64,000 nt of DNA from Chitinivibrionales bacterium (GCA_038247415.1 JBBRUX010000003.1:64001-128000); one strand, 5' to 3'. Numbered from the stretch's first letter, positions 28,475-39,447 are shown. Numbers and translations: made by a program. The notes: generated by a model from the sequence alone, not told the origin.

Positions 28475-30016
28475 TTATGCTCCAATTTTTTTGCGTTTGA
28501 TCCACAATCTAACCAGGATTGTTAGTACTGCTGCAATAATAAAGGATGTTCCTGCAAGAAGGCCTTTGAGTCCAAAAAAGAAAATACCTGCAAGCGTTCC
28601 CATAGTTGTGAGCGCAATGGCTCCGATAGCGCCAAAACGTTTAAGATAATACAAGTAGAGATAGTTGCCAAAAGCTGCCGGCCTCTCTCCAAAATAGCGC
28701 AACAGCCTAAGCCCTTCTTGGCTAAATTGACCCGAAAGCCGTTTGTGGCTTGCAAAAAGATTCATCGTATCATTCCAGCCATTTCTGGCAACATACCGTA
28801 CTAAAAGCGGGTTTGCAAAACTGGAATGCCGTTCATCGAGCATGATATCGATCATGGGGGGCAAAAGCTCGGTTTCTCCGGGCATGAGGCGATATGCTTG
28901 ATGTAAATAGGCAAATGCCCTGCTGTTGTCCCCGTGCTCCCGGTGGAAATCTGCGAGAAACCAATATTCTTCAGAACAATAAGGCTGTTCTGCTGCTATT
29001 ACTTCTTCAACAACTTTTTGCATGGAGGCGTGGTCGCCGCTGGTGCGGAGAAAATGGTAGTAGTCTCTTTTAATTTCGGCATTTTCGGGATCGAGACTTA
29101 TTGCTTTAGTAAAGAGTTCCCGGGCGGTGGTTACTTCGCCCTGTTCGGATGTTATGAGCGCCTTGACTCGATGCGCTTCTGCATCGATGGGCGAAATGTC
29201 GAGGGCTTTGTCGACGCTTGCACGTGCGTTGGGATAATCTTCTTTGTTAAGATAAATATAGGCAAGGTCTACGTGCCCCACGGGAGAATTGGGATAGCGG
29301 ATAATGGTTTGCCCGGCAAGCGCAATGGCTTCGTCGTTTTTTTCGTTTTGGCACAGGCAGTACACGAGGCGAGAAAGGCTTTTGATATCATTAGGTTTTT
29401 TAACCAGATACTCTTGATACAGAGAAACAGCAAGTTCCGGCTCTCCTGCCATAAGGTAAACATCTGCCAGATTGTCACGAGCTTCATCAAATGTTGGTCC
29501 AAGGGCAAGGGCTTTTAAAAAGCATGTTTTGGCATCTTCCAGATTGCCCAAACGAGTATACACCATCCCACCGTTGCGGTATGTTTCGGGGTTTTCGCTG
29601 CCCAGAGATACTGCTTTTTCATATGCCTCGAGGGCTTTGGGAAATTTACCGGTTTCTGCATAATACCAGATTAGGCTGGTATGCACAATTTCGTAGTTTG
29701 GATAGAGCCGCAAAGCACGAAAAAGATACCGGCCGCCTTTACGAATATTATGAAGTTGGGTATAGGAATAAAAAAGACCAAGCAAACAGTCAAGATTACC
29801 TTTGTCGAGGCTATAGCACTGCTTTAAATAATCAATTGCCGTTTCGTGTTTGTTTTCTTCTGAGGAAAGTCGTGCAAAAAGGAGATACATTTCCGATTCG
29901 TCTTTATAGGTATCTTCGTATTGAACCAGCAACTCCCGAGCTTTTTCAAAGAGACCGATATCGATAAGTTCGGTTACCGCATCTGCCAGATCAGGAAAAT
30001 CGAGCCACTCATCCAT
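28475..30016 (-). CDS. Tetratricopeptide repeat protein with C-terminal TM helices
   Basis: Multiple 34-aa TPR units (AKTCFLKALALGP, ARELFTKAISLDP); hydrophobic C-terminus. Confidence 0.85.
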   Translation of the reverse strand: MDEWLDFPDLADAVTELIDIGLFEKARELLVQYEDTYKDESEMYLLFARLSSEENKHETAIDYLKQCYSLDKGNLDCLLGLFYSYTQLHNIRKGGRYLFRALRLYPNYEIVHTSLIWYYAETGKFPKALEAYEKAVSLGSENPETYRNGGMVYTRLGNLEDAKTCFLKALALGPTFDEARDNLADVYLMAGEPELAVSLYQEYLVKKPNDIKSLSRLVYCLCQNEKNDEAIALAGQTIIRYPNSPVGHVDLAYIYLNKEDYPNARASVDKALDISPIDAEAHRVKALITSEQGEVTTARELFTKAISLDPENAEIKRDYYHFLRTSGDHASMQKVVEEVIAAEQPYCSEEYWFLADFHREHGDNSRAFAYLHQAYRLMPGETELLPPMIDIMLDERHSSFANPLLVRYVARNGWNDTMNLFASHKRLSGQFSQEGLRLLRYFGERPAAFGNYLYLYYLKRFGAIGAIALTTMGTLAGIFFFGLKGLLAGTSFIIAAVLTILVRLWIKRKKIGA

Positions 30017-31172
30017 GGAATGGCTCCACTGTATTGCGCGTGCTCACAACGCAGCCTTGTACGAGGTAATATCGTGTTAGCAGTGCCGAAAGGTTGCAGA
30101 GAACCTCGTAACCAATGGTTTGGCATCTTTGGGCAAGATCATCTACACTAATAGTTTGGTTTCCATCGGTTCCAATAATCGTGGCGATATCGCCTCGTGC
30201 AATAGTTGTGTTGTCGCCAATATCAACCATAATGTAATCCATGGTTACCCGGCCAACGAGAGGGTAGCGCTTTCCCCCTATCAAAATTTCGCCATTATTG
30301 GTAAGCCGGCGCGAAAGTCCGTGTGCATAGCCCACACAAATGGTTGCGATCGTAGTGGCTTTGGGTGTTTGAAATGTTCCCCCATAGCTTATGCGCGAAC
30401 CTGCTTCTACACGGCGCACTTTAACAACAGGGGCACGCAGCGAAACAACGTGCTCAAAGGATGGAACCCATGTCTGCGCAGGATCTGGCTTGCATCCGTA
30501 AAGACCAATACCGCATCGATACGCCGTGGAAAAATGGGGGAGTGTTCGTAATGTTCCGGCAGTATTGGTGATATGTATAATCGGGGGAGTTATACCTTGT
30601 TGAGCAAATATGGCTATGGCATTTATAAAGGAACTTATTTGCTCCTTGGTTACAATTGCATCGGGTACATCTGCTGATGCGCAATGGGTATAGAGCCCCT
30701 CTAGGGTGACATGTTTCGCAGATTTACATAAAGAAGCAACGTGGGCCGATTCTGAAAATGAGATTCCAAGGCGGTTCATGCCGGTATCGATATGACAATG
30801 GGCGATGCAGGGAATCTTTTGAGATGCAAGTAATGTGATATCCGACAAGTCGTTGATGCTCAAACGGATTCCGTGTTGTGCACAAATTTCGATGTCGTCT
30901 GGATGAAATTCCCCTAGTAGGAGGATCGGTTCGGAGATGGTATAATTGCGCAGTTGAAGCGCTTCTTGTACCGTTGCTACGGCAAAAAAGCGAACTCCCT
31001 GCGCTGCAAGATGTCGCGCAACTGCGGGTGCCCCCAATCCGTAGGCGTCATCTTTTACAACTGCAATAAGGCTGTGCCCAACTCCTACGGCTGTATTCAA
31101 TAATGCGACATTTTGAGAAATTGCATCCAGAGAAATTTCGAGCCAGGGAGTAATCGAGTTGTGGTGTATCAT
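30009..31172 (-). CDS. alr: Alanine racemase
   Basis: AVVKDDAYG (PLP Lys), [14 protein letters not shown] (catalytic Tyr), [18 protein letters not shown] overlap with hisI. Confidence 0.92.
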   Translation of the reverse strand: MIHHNSITPWLEISLDAISQNVALLNTAVGVGHSLIAVVKDDAYGLGAPAVARHLAAQGVRFFAVATVQEALQLRNYTISEPILLLGEFHPDDIEICAQHGIRLSINDLSDITLLASQKIPCIAHCHIDTGMNRLGISFSESAHVASLCKSAKHVTLEGLYTHCASADVPDAIVTKEQISSFINAIAIFAQQGITPPIIHITNTAGTLRTLPHFSTAYRCGIGLYGCKPDPAQTWVPSFEHVVSLRAPVVKVRRVEAGSRISYGGTFQTPKATTIATICVGYAHGLSRRLTNNGEILIGGKRYPLVGRVTMDYIMVDIGDNTTIARGDIATIIGTDGNQTISVDDLAQRCQTIGYEVLCNLSALLTRYYLVQGCVVSTRNTVEPFHG

Positions 31173-31531
31173 GTTGAAACTTTTTTTGTATGGGTAACGA
31201 TCCATTCGGTTTCGCTGCGTTGTCTAAAAAAGCACGAAAAATAGCCTTCGTGACACGCTGCGTCTTGTTGAGTTACTTTAAAGAGAATCGCATCCCCATC
31301 GCAGTCGATATGAACGCTCTTGACAGTTTGAAAATGCCCAGAAGTATCTCCTTTGCGCCATCTCGATTTACGACTGCGGCTGAAATAGACCATAGTGCCT
31401 GTTTCAAGCGTCTCAGCAAGCGTTTGTCGGTTCATATACGCAAGCATGAGCACTTCTCCGGTGAGCGCATCTTGGGCTATTGCGGATACAAGGCCGATGT
31501 CATCAAATTTTACGCTGTCAAGAATATCCAT
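31169..31531 (-). CDS. hisI: Phosphoribosyl-AMP cyclohydrolase
   Basis: [35 protein letters not shown]. Confidence 0.95.
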   Translation of the reverse strand: MDILDSVKFDDIGLVSAIAQDALTGEVLMLAYMNRQTLAETLETGTMVYFSRSRKSRWRKGDTSGHFQTVKSVHIDCDGDAILFKVTQQDAACHEGYFSCFFRQRSETEWIVTHTKKVST

Positions 31532-31554
31532 GACGTATCCTGAATAAAGAAGTG

Positions 31555-32820
31555 TTAGATTCTAATCTGCCCATTGCCTTTGACAATCCATTTATATGTC
31601 GTGAGTTCCGAAATTCCCATTGGACCCCTGGCGTGCAATTTGTCGGTTGATATTCCGATTTCGCAACCCATGCCGTATTCTCCACCATCTGCAAAGCGAG
31701 TGGATGCATTAATCATGACCGATGCACTATCAACAGTACTCAGAAAGGCCGTTTGTTCGGTTTTGTTTTCGGATACTATCGCATCGGTGTGATGTGAACC
31801 ATACGTATTGATATGATCGATGGCTTGTGCTATATCGTCAACAATACGAATCGCGCAGCGCAAGTCGAGATACTCGGCGTACCAGTCGGCCTTCGTTGCT
31901 TTCTTGATTGCTGGGCTCAATTGCTGGCACTGTGTATCTCCATACAAAATAACATTATTTTCGAGAAGCGCATCGATTATTGCTTTTTTGTTTGATCGAG
32001 TTAGCTTGGAGTCAAGCAGAATCGTTTCCATTGCATTGCACACACCAGGACGTGAAATCTTTGCATTTACAGCAATGGCAATGGCCTTCTTGATATCTGC
32101 TTTGCTGGATACGTAAACATGGCAAACACCTTTATAATGCTTGATAACAGGAATACGCGATTTTTCAACCACCGCGCGAATGAGCCCTTCGCCGCCCCGT
32201 GGTATGATAAGATCGATATCGTCGGAGAGCGTAAGGAGCGTGTCGATTGCCGCTCGGTCGGTTGTGGGAATGAGTTGAACGCTCTCAGAAGGCAATCCAT
32301 GCTGTTTCATGCATTTCGAAAAGAGCTTTGCAAGTGCAACATTAGAATGAAATGCTTCCGAACCGCCGCGTAAAATAACGGCATTCTGGGATTTTAAGCA
32401 GATTGCAGCAGCATCAACCGTTACGTTGGGACGTGATTCGTAAATGATCCCAACAACGCCTATGGGAACAATCATACGAGAAATAGAAAGCCCATTGTTA
32501 GGTGTACGCTCGTCAAATAGTGTCCCGATAGGTGCGGGCAGTTTTGCAACCGTTTTTAATCCCGTTACCATAGTAGCAATAGTTTTGTCCGAGAGTTTCA
32601 ATCTATCGAGCATCGCACCCGAAAGTCCGTTTTTAACGCCAAGGACAAGATCTTTGTCATTTTCTTTTTTGAGAAGTTCAGACTCCTTTACTAATGCATC
32701 TGCCATTGACAATAACACCTTAGAAATGTCGCTACGGGATGCGCCCACGAGAATTCTGCTTGCAGCACGTGCTTTTTTTGCAATGGCAAGTATTGTTTTC
32801 TCTGAATAAAGAGTTTTCAT
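31555..32820 (-). CDS. proA: Gamma-glutamyl phosphate reductase
   Basis: [53 protein letters not shown]. Confidence 0.96.
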   Translation of the reverse strand: MKTLYSEKTILAIAKKARAASRILVGASRSDISKVLLSMADALVKESELLKKENDKDLVLGVKNGLSGAMLDRLKLSDKTIATMVTGLKTVAKLPAPIGTLFDERTPNNGLSISRMIVPIGVVGIIYESRPNVTVDAAAICLKSQNAVILRGGSEAFHSNVALAKLFSKCMKQHGLPSESVQLIPTTDRAAIDTLLTLSDDIDLIIPRGGEGLIRAVVEKSRIPVIKHYKGVCHVYVSSKADIKKAIAIAVNAKISRPGVCNAMETILLDSKLTRSNKKAIIDALLENNVILYGDTQCQQLSPAIKKATKADWYAEYLDLRCAIRIVDDIAQAIDHINTYGSHHTDAIVSENKTEQTAFLSTVDSASVMINASTRFADGGEYGMGCEIGISTDKLHARGPMGISELTTYKWIVKGNGQIRI

Positions 32821-32904
32821 GCGATCATTCTTTCTGGAACAAGTATTTCTTGTAAAGAATTTAACTCGTTAAAGCTTGTTTTGAACGGGTGTCAGAGAGT
32901 CTTT

Positions 32905-33141
32905 TTAATTGAGGCTGCTGCAACACCCACCACCAGCGGCACTACACGCACCCGCTGAAGGGCATGCCGATTGGCACGACAGAGCTCCTTGCTTCATTGC
33001 TATGCCCCCAAGCACCGACATGAGCTTTTGAGTGTTTTTAGAGCTGCATTGAGGGCAGGGGAGCGTATCATTGGTTATGCGATGTACGAGTTCTTCGAAT
33101 TTGGTTCCGCAATCGGTACAAGAATATTCGTAGATTGGCAT
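32905..33141 (-). CDS. FmdB family zinc-ribbon protein
   Basis: MPIYEYSCTDCG...CPQC with a Cys-rich tail. Confidence 0.88.
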   Translation of the reverse strand: MPIYEYSCTDCGTKFEELVHRITNDTLPCPQCSSKNTQKLMSVLGGIAMKQGALSCQSACPSAGACSAAGGGCCSSLN

Positions 33142-33332
33142 GGTGTTCTCCTTATTTTTAGCTAAAAAGACCTGTTGGAATTATGAACAATTCCGATTGG
33201 TTTATGGAGTGGGTGGCTTAAATCTATTTTACCATCTCTTTTAAAATAGCTAACGGAGAGGGGTTCCCTCCAAAATTGTATACTTTGCACTTTAAACGCA
33301 GTCAATAATGATATAATTGAAAGGGAATGCGA

Positions 33333-33734
33333 ATGGATGATCCGCGAATTGCAGTGATGCAGAAACGAATGCTGATTCTTAAGTCGATGCCTCAGAGTGC
33401 TCATGGAGCCAGGGAAATTGTGGCCCTCGAGCGGACAATAATGATTCTGCGCCAAGGATCGCCAGCTTCCAAGCCAAAAAGGGGCGCATCGGCAGCAACG
33501 CGCAAAAAAGCTGAACTCGAAACAATCATGGCAGAGGATGATACTCCCGATGAACCAGCAGCGCCTAGTCGCCGCGTTGAACGGTTAGGGGAAAAACGTA
33601 GGGTGATCATAAGAACCCCTCGCAAAAGTGAGCAGGTTCCAGAAGATGAAGATGCACAACTTGAGCGTGAGAAGAAAAAACGCATGGGGGATATTATGCA
33701 AATGGTGGGGCTTACGCATCGCGGAATGAATTAA
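33333..33734 (+). CDS. Hypothetical charged protein
   Basis: ORF fills the gap upstream of tRNA-Glu; AAAGGGA SD. Confidence 0.6.
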   Translation: MDDPRIAVMQKRMLILKSMPQSAHGAREIVALERTIMILRQGSPASKPKRGASAATRKKAELETIMAEDDTPDEPAAPSRRVERLGEKRRVIIRTPRKSEQVPEDEDAQLEREKKKRMGDIMQMVGLTHRGMN

Positions 33735-33744
33735 TAAAGAAATC

Positions 33745-33773
33745 TTGCATTCGCATAATCAGGGGTGTATATT
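33745..33773 (+). promoter_or_regulatory. Sigma-70-type promoter for tRNA-Glu
   Basis: TTGCAT-17 bp-TATATT. Confidence 0.6.
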
Positions 33774-33792
33774 ATACCACTGAAATAATTTT

Positions 33793-33867
33793 GGTCCCTT
33801 CGTCTAGTGGTTAGGACACAGGATTTTCATTCCTGCAGCAGGGGTTCAATTCCCCTAGGGACTGCCA
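33793..33867 (+). tRNA. tRNA-Glu(TTC), CCA encoded
   Basis: GGTCCCT/AGGGACT acceptor; CAGGA-TT TTC AT-TCCTG; GGTTCAATT; GCCA end. Confidence 0.95.
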
Positions 33868-33870
33868 ATT

Positions 33871-33903
33871 GGCGTCATCAATAATTTGGTGGCGCCTTTT
33901 TTT
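33871..33903 (+). terminator. Intrinsic terminator after tRNA-Glu
   Basis: GGCGTCATCAA-taat-TTGGTGGCGCC followed by T7. Confidence 0.8.
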
Positions 33904-33922
33904 ATTGCTTTTTGCAGCTCTT

Positions 33923-33951
33923 TTGACTTTGTCTGGGAGTGGACATATTTT
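33923..33951 (+). promoter_or_regulatory. Sigma-70-type promoter for yajC
   Basis: TTGACT-17 bp-TATTTT. Confidence 0.55.
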
Positions 33952-34053
33952 TTAGCTGCATTCTACTCAAGAAATTTGTTTCGGCTGCAATTATCTGATT
34001 GCTTCCCCAAAATAGATTTATAAATATTACCTTTTGCGAAAGGACTCTCCACA

Positions 34054-34419
34054 ATGATTCGTACTCTTATTGCAGTGCTCTTGTCGGCTACTCCTGTTTT
34101 GGCTCAAGCAAAACCTGCTGGTGGAATGCTTGAAGGCTTTCTGCCGATGATGCTTGTCATGTTTGCAGCTGTTTACTTTCTCATGATTCGGCCAGAGCGA
34201 AAGAAGCAGAAAAATCGTCTTAAAATGATTAATGAAATTAAAAAAGGCGATAAGGTCGTAACCATTGGTGGAATTATTGGCATTGTTGGTACTGTTAAAG
34301 ATTCAACTCTTACGGTAAAGACCGGCGATGACACTATTGTAGAAGTTCGCAAAAGTGGAATTGCTGAAGTTGTGATTGATAAGGTAGAAACGGCTCCGAG
34401 CAAAGATTCTAAGAAGTAA
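34054..34419 (+). CDS. yajC: Preprotein translocase subunit YajC
   Basis: YFLMIRPERKKQK...KKGDKVVTIGGIIG. Confidence 0.93.
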   Translation: MIRTLIAVLLSATPVLAQAKPAGGMLEGFLPMMLVMFAAVYFLMIRPERKKQKNRLKMINEIKKGDKVVTIGGIIGIVGTVKDSTLTVKTGDDTIVEVRKSGIAEVVIDKVETAPSKDSKK

Positions 34420-34438
34420 GATCAATTATGCCCTTTGC

Positions 34439-34474
34439 GCGGCCGTATTCTACAGTGTGCGGTCGCTTTTTTTT
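34439..34474 (+). terminator. Probable terminator after yajC
   Basis: GCGGCCGTATT...AGTGTGCGGTCGC followed by a T-run. Confidence 0.6.
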
Positions 34475-34553
34475 AAATTTGTTTGTGTGCGCGCTCTTAT
34501 TTCACTGTTCCCAAGCACGTGGCGCCCCTCCAGATACTGGCGAGAGGAAGTTT

Positions 34554-35075
34554 ATGTTTGATGTAATCATATACGGTGATCCCCTGTTACGCAAAGTTTG
34601 TTTACCTGTTGAGCATTTTGATGCGGAACTTGCCCATTTTGTTGATGAAATGATAGAAACAATGCGCGAAAAGGATGGGGTTGGTCTTGCCGCGCCTCAG
34701 GTGGGAAATTGCATTCGACTTGCGGTTGTGGATGCCACCGTCGGAGAAAATCCGGCTATTGTTCTTATTAATCCTGTTATAACCTATGTGTCGCAGGAAT
34801 TGTGGGAGTATGAGGAAGGCTGTTTGTCAATTCCTGATATTCGCCTTAAACTCAAACGACCCGTTCAAATTAGTGTTGATGCAGTCGATGTTAAGGGAAA
34901 ACCTTTTCATATCGAAAAAGCAGAAGGACTCTTTGGGAGGGCGCTTTTTCATGAAATAGATCATTTGAATGGTGTCATGTTTGTCGATCATGCCTCTGCC
35001 TTGCAATACCAACTCATAAACGGAAAACTTAAAAAATTGGCTCGCTCCCACCGTGTAGCCTCAAAAAAAGCATGA
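34554..35075 (+). CDS. def: Peptide deformylase
   Basis: GVGLAAPQVG, EGCLS, HEIDH; GAGAGG SD before ATG 34554. Confidence 0.95.
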   Translation: MFDVIIYGDPLLRKVCLPVEHFDAELAHFVDEMIETMREKDGVGLAAPQVGNCIRLAVVDATVGENPAIVLINPVITYVSQELWEYEEGCLSIPDIRLKLKRPVQISVDAVDVKGKPFHIEKAEGLFGRALFHEIDHLNGVMFVDHASALQYQLINGKLKKLARSHRVASKKA

Positions 35076-36685
35076 AGTGGGTTCATAAGCGTTTTAGGCT
35101 TTTACTACGTACGTCTTTTCCACGTTCTTACCAGTCGCGCTTTCGTGTATGCGCATACGTATCTGTGGGTGTATTGCTTTATATTGTAGTTCTTGCTGGA
35201 TGCGCAGGAACACCTTTTCTTTCTCCTAATCCGCCACAGTCACAAGCTGGTTTACACGATAAAAATTCTTCCGAACTGCCGAGTAAAGGTGTTGCTACCG
35301 AGCCTCATCATAATCAATCAACTCCGGTCGAGGTTGTTGAGTATGCTGATACTCCAAAAGTGGCTCAATCCCCCATTATTGAGACGTTACCAGGGGCAGT
35401 TCAATCTTCGCCGCAAGACTCGCTCAACCCCGATTTTTCGTCGGTCATTGCAAAGCCAGAAAATGCAACCGAAGATACCCTTACGGATGATGTCCCGCCG
35501 CCCGTGGCTAGTAATGCTAAACAATCGGGATTTATGTATGCTTCTCCATCGGGATCAATTCGCGTGCAACTTAAAAAAAAGGTGCGCGAGACCATGCTCT
35601 ATTCCATAGGGAACATTGCTCTGGGTCACGGAGATGCAAAGCGAACTGTTAAGGGGCGCATAAAACTTGTGGCTATTCCCGATGAATATGTTTCGATAGA
35701 AAACGATGGTTCGATAAAGTTTACACTTGCAATGCCTTGCACCCTTTTATCGGTAAACCAATCCAATGTTATTGAGGTTGGGGAAGATAGCTATCGCGGA
35801 TCTATCATTCTCGATAAAGATATCGCGGGCACTATCATGATAATTAATCTGGTTGATATAGAATCCTATTTGCGCGGTGTTGTAAGTTTGGAGATTGGTC
35901 GGCGCTCCGAGGCTGAAATAGAAGCCGTAAAGGCCCAAGCAATCGCAGCACGTACTTATGCCTACCGCAAAATGCTCGAGAATACACATTCGGCATTTGA
36001 CTTGGTTGCAACTGTTGCCGATCAAGTGTATGGTGGCTGCAGTGCGGACGCTCCTGTGTGCGATGCTGCAATCAAGGCTACCACAGGGATGGTTCTTACG
36101 TTTCATGATAGCCTGGTCATGGCATATTATCATTCTACCTGTGGAGGACGGACAACTGCGATTTCCGATGCTTGGCCCAATAAGCAAACGGTTCCGTATC
36201 TACGATCAATGTCCGATTTAGACAAGCATGGCCAACCCTATTGTGCTGCATCCAACCATGGTCAATGGACAGATACCTGGAAAACATCGAGATTATCGTC
36301 TATAATCAACACCTATTCAAAGGCTGCTTTTCCCGAGGATCCGTGCAAGGGCTCGCTCAAACGCATGAGAATTACAGACCGCTTTTCGGATGGTCGTGTC
36401 AAGAATTTGGCAATTTATACAACCGTTGGAACCTTCGAATACGGTGGGGATAAACTGCGGTTTTTACTACGGCGCGAGATGCCCGGTTTTCCTATCTTGC
36501 GCTCTTCATGGTTTACAATAAAAAGTGGTAATTCATCTGAGGTTGTCTTTGAGGGAAAAGGAAATGGCCACGGTGTTGGTATGTGTCAAATGGGAGCGCT
36601 TGGCCGGGCAAGTGCTGGGTATGGCTATAAAGATATTCTATCTGCCTATTACCCGGGAACCAAGATAGTGGTTTTGCGGAATTAG
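35072..36685 (+). CDS. SpoIID/LytB domain protein (putative lipoprotein lytic transglycosylase)
   Basis: LAGC lipobox; ESYLRGVVSLE, EAVKAQAIAARTY, DQVYGG, YHSTCGG, GNGHGVGMCQMGA. Confidence 0.9.
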   Translation: MKWVHKRFRLLLRTSFPRSYQSRFRVCAYVSVGVLLYIVVLAGCAGTPFLSPNPPQSQAGLHDKNSSELPSKGVATEPHHNQSTPVEVVEYADTPKVAQSPIIETLPGAVQSSPQDSLNPDFSSVIAKPENATEDTLTDDVPPPVASNAKQSGFMYASPSGSIRVQLKKKVRETMLYSIGNIALGHGDAKRTVKGRIKLVAIPDEYVSIENDGSIKFTLAMPCTLLSVNQSNVIEVGEDSYRGSIILDKDIAGTIMIINLVDIESYLRGVVSLEIGRRSEAEIEAVKAQAIAARTYAYRKMLENTHSAFDLVATVADQVYGGCSADAPVCDAAIKATTGMVLTFHDSLVMAYYHSTCGGRTTAISDAWPNKQTVPYLRSMSDLDKHGQPYCAASNHGQWTDTWKTSRLSSIINTYSKAAFPEDPCKGSLKRMRITDRFSDGRVKNLAIYTTVGTFEYGGDKLRFLLRREMPGFPILRSSWFTIKSGNSSEVVFEGKGNGHGVGMCQMGALGRASAGYGYKDILSAYYPGTKIVVLRN

Positions 36686-36732
36686 CAGAATTAATTCGCC
36701 AAAGCGCTCATGTTCGGTGTTGTGCTGCCAGC

Positions 36733-37341
36733 ATGAGCGCTATTTATGCTGTATGCTGTAATAAATCCCTTTTTCTCTGGATTAATGCACATGCGGCCTT
36801 TTTAGACGACAGAATAGGGGCTACAATAACTATTTTTGGAGATACCACGGTAGCTGCTGCACTCTATGCCTTTTTTATCGGCAAAAAGCCTGGTGTTTTG
36901 TGGGCAGCAATACTTTCGGGAATTATAGGTGCACTGTTTACACATACGCTTAAACCCTTATTAGATTTACCTCGTCCTGCTGGCTTTTTTCTTCCAGATT
37001 CATTTCATATCATTGGTCAAGTATTGCGGAAGCATGCCTTTCCTTCGGGTCATGCGCTTACGGTTTGGGCGCTTGCTGGAGTGATAGTATTGGTATATCG
37101 TTTGTGGTGGGGTAGTATTCTGCTTTTTGTTCTTGCAAGCCTTGTAGCACTCTCACGTATTGCCATTTGGGCACAGCGTATTATCTACCTTTTTCCAATT
37201 GGCGCATCATTAAGCCTCTTTTTTTATAAGACAGGGTACCCAAGTGTAAAAGGGGTTCAGTACATAATTGCAGGAGGTTCCTTTTGCATTGGTATTGTCC
37301 TGTACAGAAAGTTGTGGGGTAAACAATTCATTTTCGGCTAA
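36733..37341 (+). CDS. PAP2 family membrane protein lacking the C3 catalytic motif (possibly internally deleted)
   Basis: KPLLDLPRP (C1) and FPSGH (C2) present; SRIAIWAQ replaces SRxxxGxHxxxD. Confidence 0.65.
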   Translation: MSAIYAVCCNKSLFLWINAHAAFLDDRIGATITIFGDTTVAAALYAFFIGKKPGVLWAAILSGIIGALFTHTLKPLLDLPRPAGFFLPDSFHIIGQVLRKHAFPSGHALTVWALAGVIVLVYRLWWGSILLFVLASLVALSRIAIWAQRIIYLFPIGASLSLFFYKTGYPSVKGVQYIIAGGSFCIGIVLYRKLWGKQFIFG

Positions 37342-37387
37342 GGTTTAAGTAGGTTGTAGTTAAAGACATTAACTCTAAGGAGCACAT

Positions 37388-38365
37388 ATGGAATATCGCA
37401 GACTCGGCAATTCTGGTCTTAAAGTAAGCGCGTTGTCACTCGGCTCGTGGGTAACTTTTGGTCGTCAAGTTTTCTTTGACGACGCCGTTGCTCTGATGAG
37501 CATGGCATATGATGCAGGTGTTAATTTTTTTGACAATGCAGAAGGCTATGAGGCAGGGCTTTCGGAGACGATTATGGGAGAGGCTTTAGCACGGCTAGGA
37601 TGGCGGCGCGATTCTTATTGTGTATCAAGCAAAGTTTTTTCCGGATGCGTGCCACATCCAACAGTCTTGCAGCGAGGACTGTCTCGCAAGCACATAATGG
37701 ACGCTTGTCATCAGGCACTCAAGCGGCTGCAGGTTGAGTATCTAGACTTGTACTTTTGTCATCGTCCCGATAAAGATGTTCCCATGGAAGAAATTGTTAC
37801 CACCATGCATACGCTTGTCATGCAAGGAAAAATTTTATATTGGGGAACATCGGAATGGCCTGCAGTGGATATCATGCAAGCATATGGGATTGCAAAAGCA
37901 CTGCATATAACCCCTCCCACAATGGAGCAGTCGGAATATAACATGTTTGCACGCACGCGCATCGAGAAAGAATATGCGCGTTTGTATAGTGATGCAGGCA
38001 TTGGAACTACGGTGTTTTGTCCTCTTAATTCAGGTGTTTTAACAGGAAAATATAACGAAGGTATCCCTGCTGATTCACGCATTGGTATGGCTGGTTTTGA
38101 GTGGCTTAAAGATATGCTTGTAAGCGATGAAGGAAAATCGCGGATTGAAAAAGTGAAAAAGCTATCCGTTATTGCACATGATCTTGGAATATCCATGACG
38201 AGTCTTGCGCTAGCATGGCTGCTTAAAAATCCGCATGTGAGTACTATTATTTTAGGTGCATCTAAAATGGTACAACTCGAAGAAAATTTAAAATCGGTTG
38301 CCGCTGTCCCGCTTTTAAACGAAAGCATCATGAAAGATATCGAAACGATATTGCAGAATCTTTAA
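37388..38365 (+). CDS. Aldo/keto reductase (Kv-beta-like)
   Basis: YRRLGNSGLKVS, FDNAEGY, SSKVF, YFCHRPD, WGTSEW. Confidence 0.93.
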   Translation: MEYRRLGNSGLKVSALSLGSWVTFGRQVFFDDAVALMSMAYDAGVNFFDNAEGYEAGLSETIMGEALARLGWRRDSYCVSSKVFSGCVPHPTVLQRGLSRKHIMDACHQALKRLQVEYLDLYFCHRPDKDVPMEEIVTTMHTLVMQGKILYWGTSEWPAVDIMQAYGIAKALHITPPTMEQSEYNMFARTRIEKEYARLYSDAGIGTTVFCPLNSGVLTGKYNEGIPADSRIGMAGFEWLKDMLVSDEGKSRIEKVKKLSVIAHDLGISMTSLALAWLLKNPHVSTIILGASKMVQLEENLKSVAAVPLLNESIMKDIETILQNL

Positions 38366-39447
38366 TTTGATGGAGGGGGAAAAAACCTATCTAATCGCGC
38401 GAAGATAGATTTGTCCCCTTCCAAAACAATTTTCTTTTGAACGAGAGCATCTCGTACATTAATTTGGCGCGTAAAAACTCCTGCCCATGTGGTACTTTCT
38501 GCCACAACAAGAAGGTCGGGATTGGCTTTTTTCTCCTCTGTTCTAATACAGGTTCCCTTGTTAATAACAATGCACACATGATAGTTGATATTAGGGAAAT
38601 CAAACTGAAGTGTTGCCTTCATTTTCTGAGTAGCCAAAGGATCTATTGATCGTGCCATTTCGCGCATGAGGATGCGAACATCCGTTGTTACTCGTTCACG
38701 TACTGCCTGCGGATTTCTCCGGTCTTCCCCCATTGCGTTTACATGTTCCCAATAAATATCCGAATACGCTCTAAAATCATCGATATCCGATGCAAGCGGA
38801 ATAGCCGCTTGTTCAAGTGTTTCGGCACTCATGAGTCCCTGTGAAGCCAGTTCAAAGCCCGCGCGAATCGTTGCAGTTTCTAATAACTTAATAGATTTTG
38901 GCTTTGCAAGCTCAAATTGTAAGAGAAAAGATTCATCTCTTTTGAGTAAACCGACAAATTCCATGCTCATTGCATCTGCAAAGAGTTCTAGAGTATTACG
39001 CAGACCTTCAAAGTTTCCAAGACCTTTAAGCGCGCCCACAGAAATTGCAGCAAGCTTTTTAGGCCAGTAGTGTGGAAATCGTAAATTGTTGCAAACAAGG
39101 TTTTTTGGCGTTTGCTTAAAACCAGGTTGCGTGAGGGGAAGTGTTCTATCGAGAAACGTTTTCATGATACCACTCACCGAATAAGCATATAATGGTGTTG
39201 ACAAGAGAACGCATTCTGCATTTTTAAATTCCTCAAGAAGTGTCGCCATCGAATCTTTATGAATGCAACGTCCGGGTGTTTCTATCCAACAGGTGTAGCA
39301 TCCATTGCACGGACGAACATTAAGGTCGGCTAAACGATACTCGATAATTTCGGCATGCGCATCGCGACAACCTTTAAGAAACAAATCGGTTATGTGATCG
39401 GTAAATCCTTCTTTACGGGGATTTCCTCGGATCAAAAGAATTTTCAT
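38362..39447 (-). CDS. Iron-sulfur flavoprotein (flavodoxin-like) fused to an SCP2 lipid-binding domain
   Basis: GNPRK..T, CNGCYTCW...CIHKD, STPLY..SVSG.MKTFLDR; C-terminal ATLQFDF...PDLLV...DALVQKKIVLEGD. Confidence 0.8.
   Translation of the reverse strand: MKILLIRGNPRKEGFTDHITDLFLKGCRDAHAEIIEYRLADLNVRPCNGCYTCWIETPGRCIHKDSMATLLEEFKNAECVLLSTPLYAYSVSGIMKTFLDRTLPLTQPGFKQTPKNLVCNNLRFPHYWPKKLAAISVGALKGLGNFEGLRNTLELFADAMSMEFVGLLKRDESFLLQFELAKPKSIKLLETATIRAGFELASQGLMSAETLEQAAIPLASDIDDFRAYSDIYWEHVNAMGEDRRNPQAVRERVTTDVRILMREMARSIDPLATQKMKATLQFDFPNINYHVCIVINKGTCIRTEEKKANPDLLVVAESTTWAGVFTRQINVRDALVQKKIVLEGDKSIFARLDRFFPPPSN

Noticed and set aside
30009..31172. Non-consensus alanine racemase motifs ([15 protein letters not shown])
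   Set aside because: Catalytic Lys and Tyr and overall length are retained; consistent with ordinary divergence.
34428..34553. N-terminal extension of peptide deformylase in the ORF track
   Set aside because: It spans a terminator-like hairpin; the ATG at 34554 has an SD and matches the family start.
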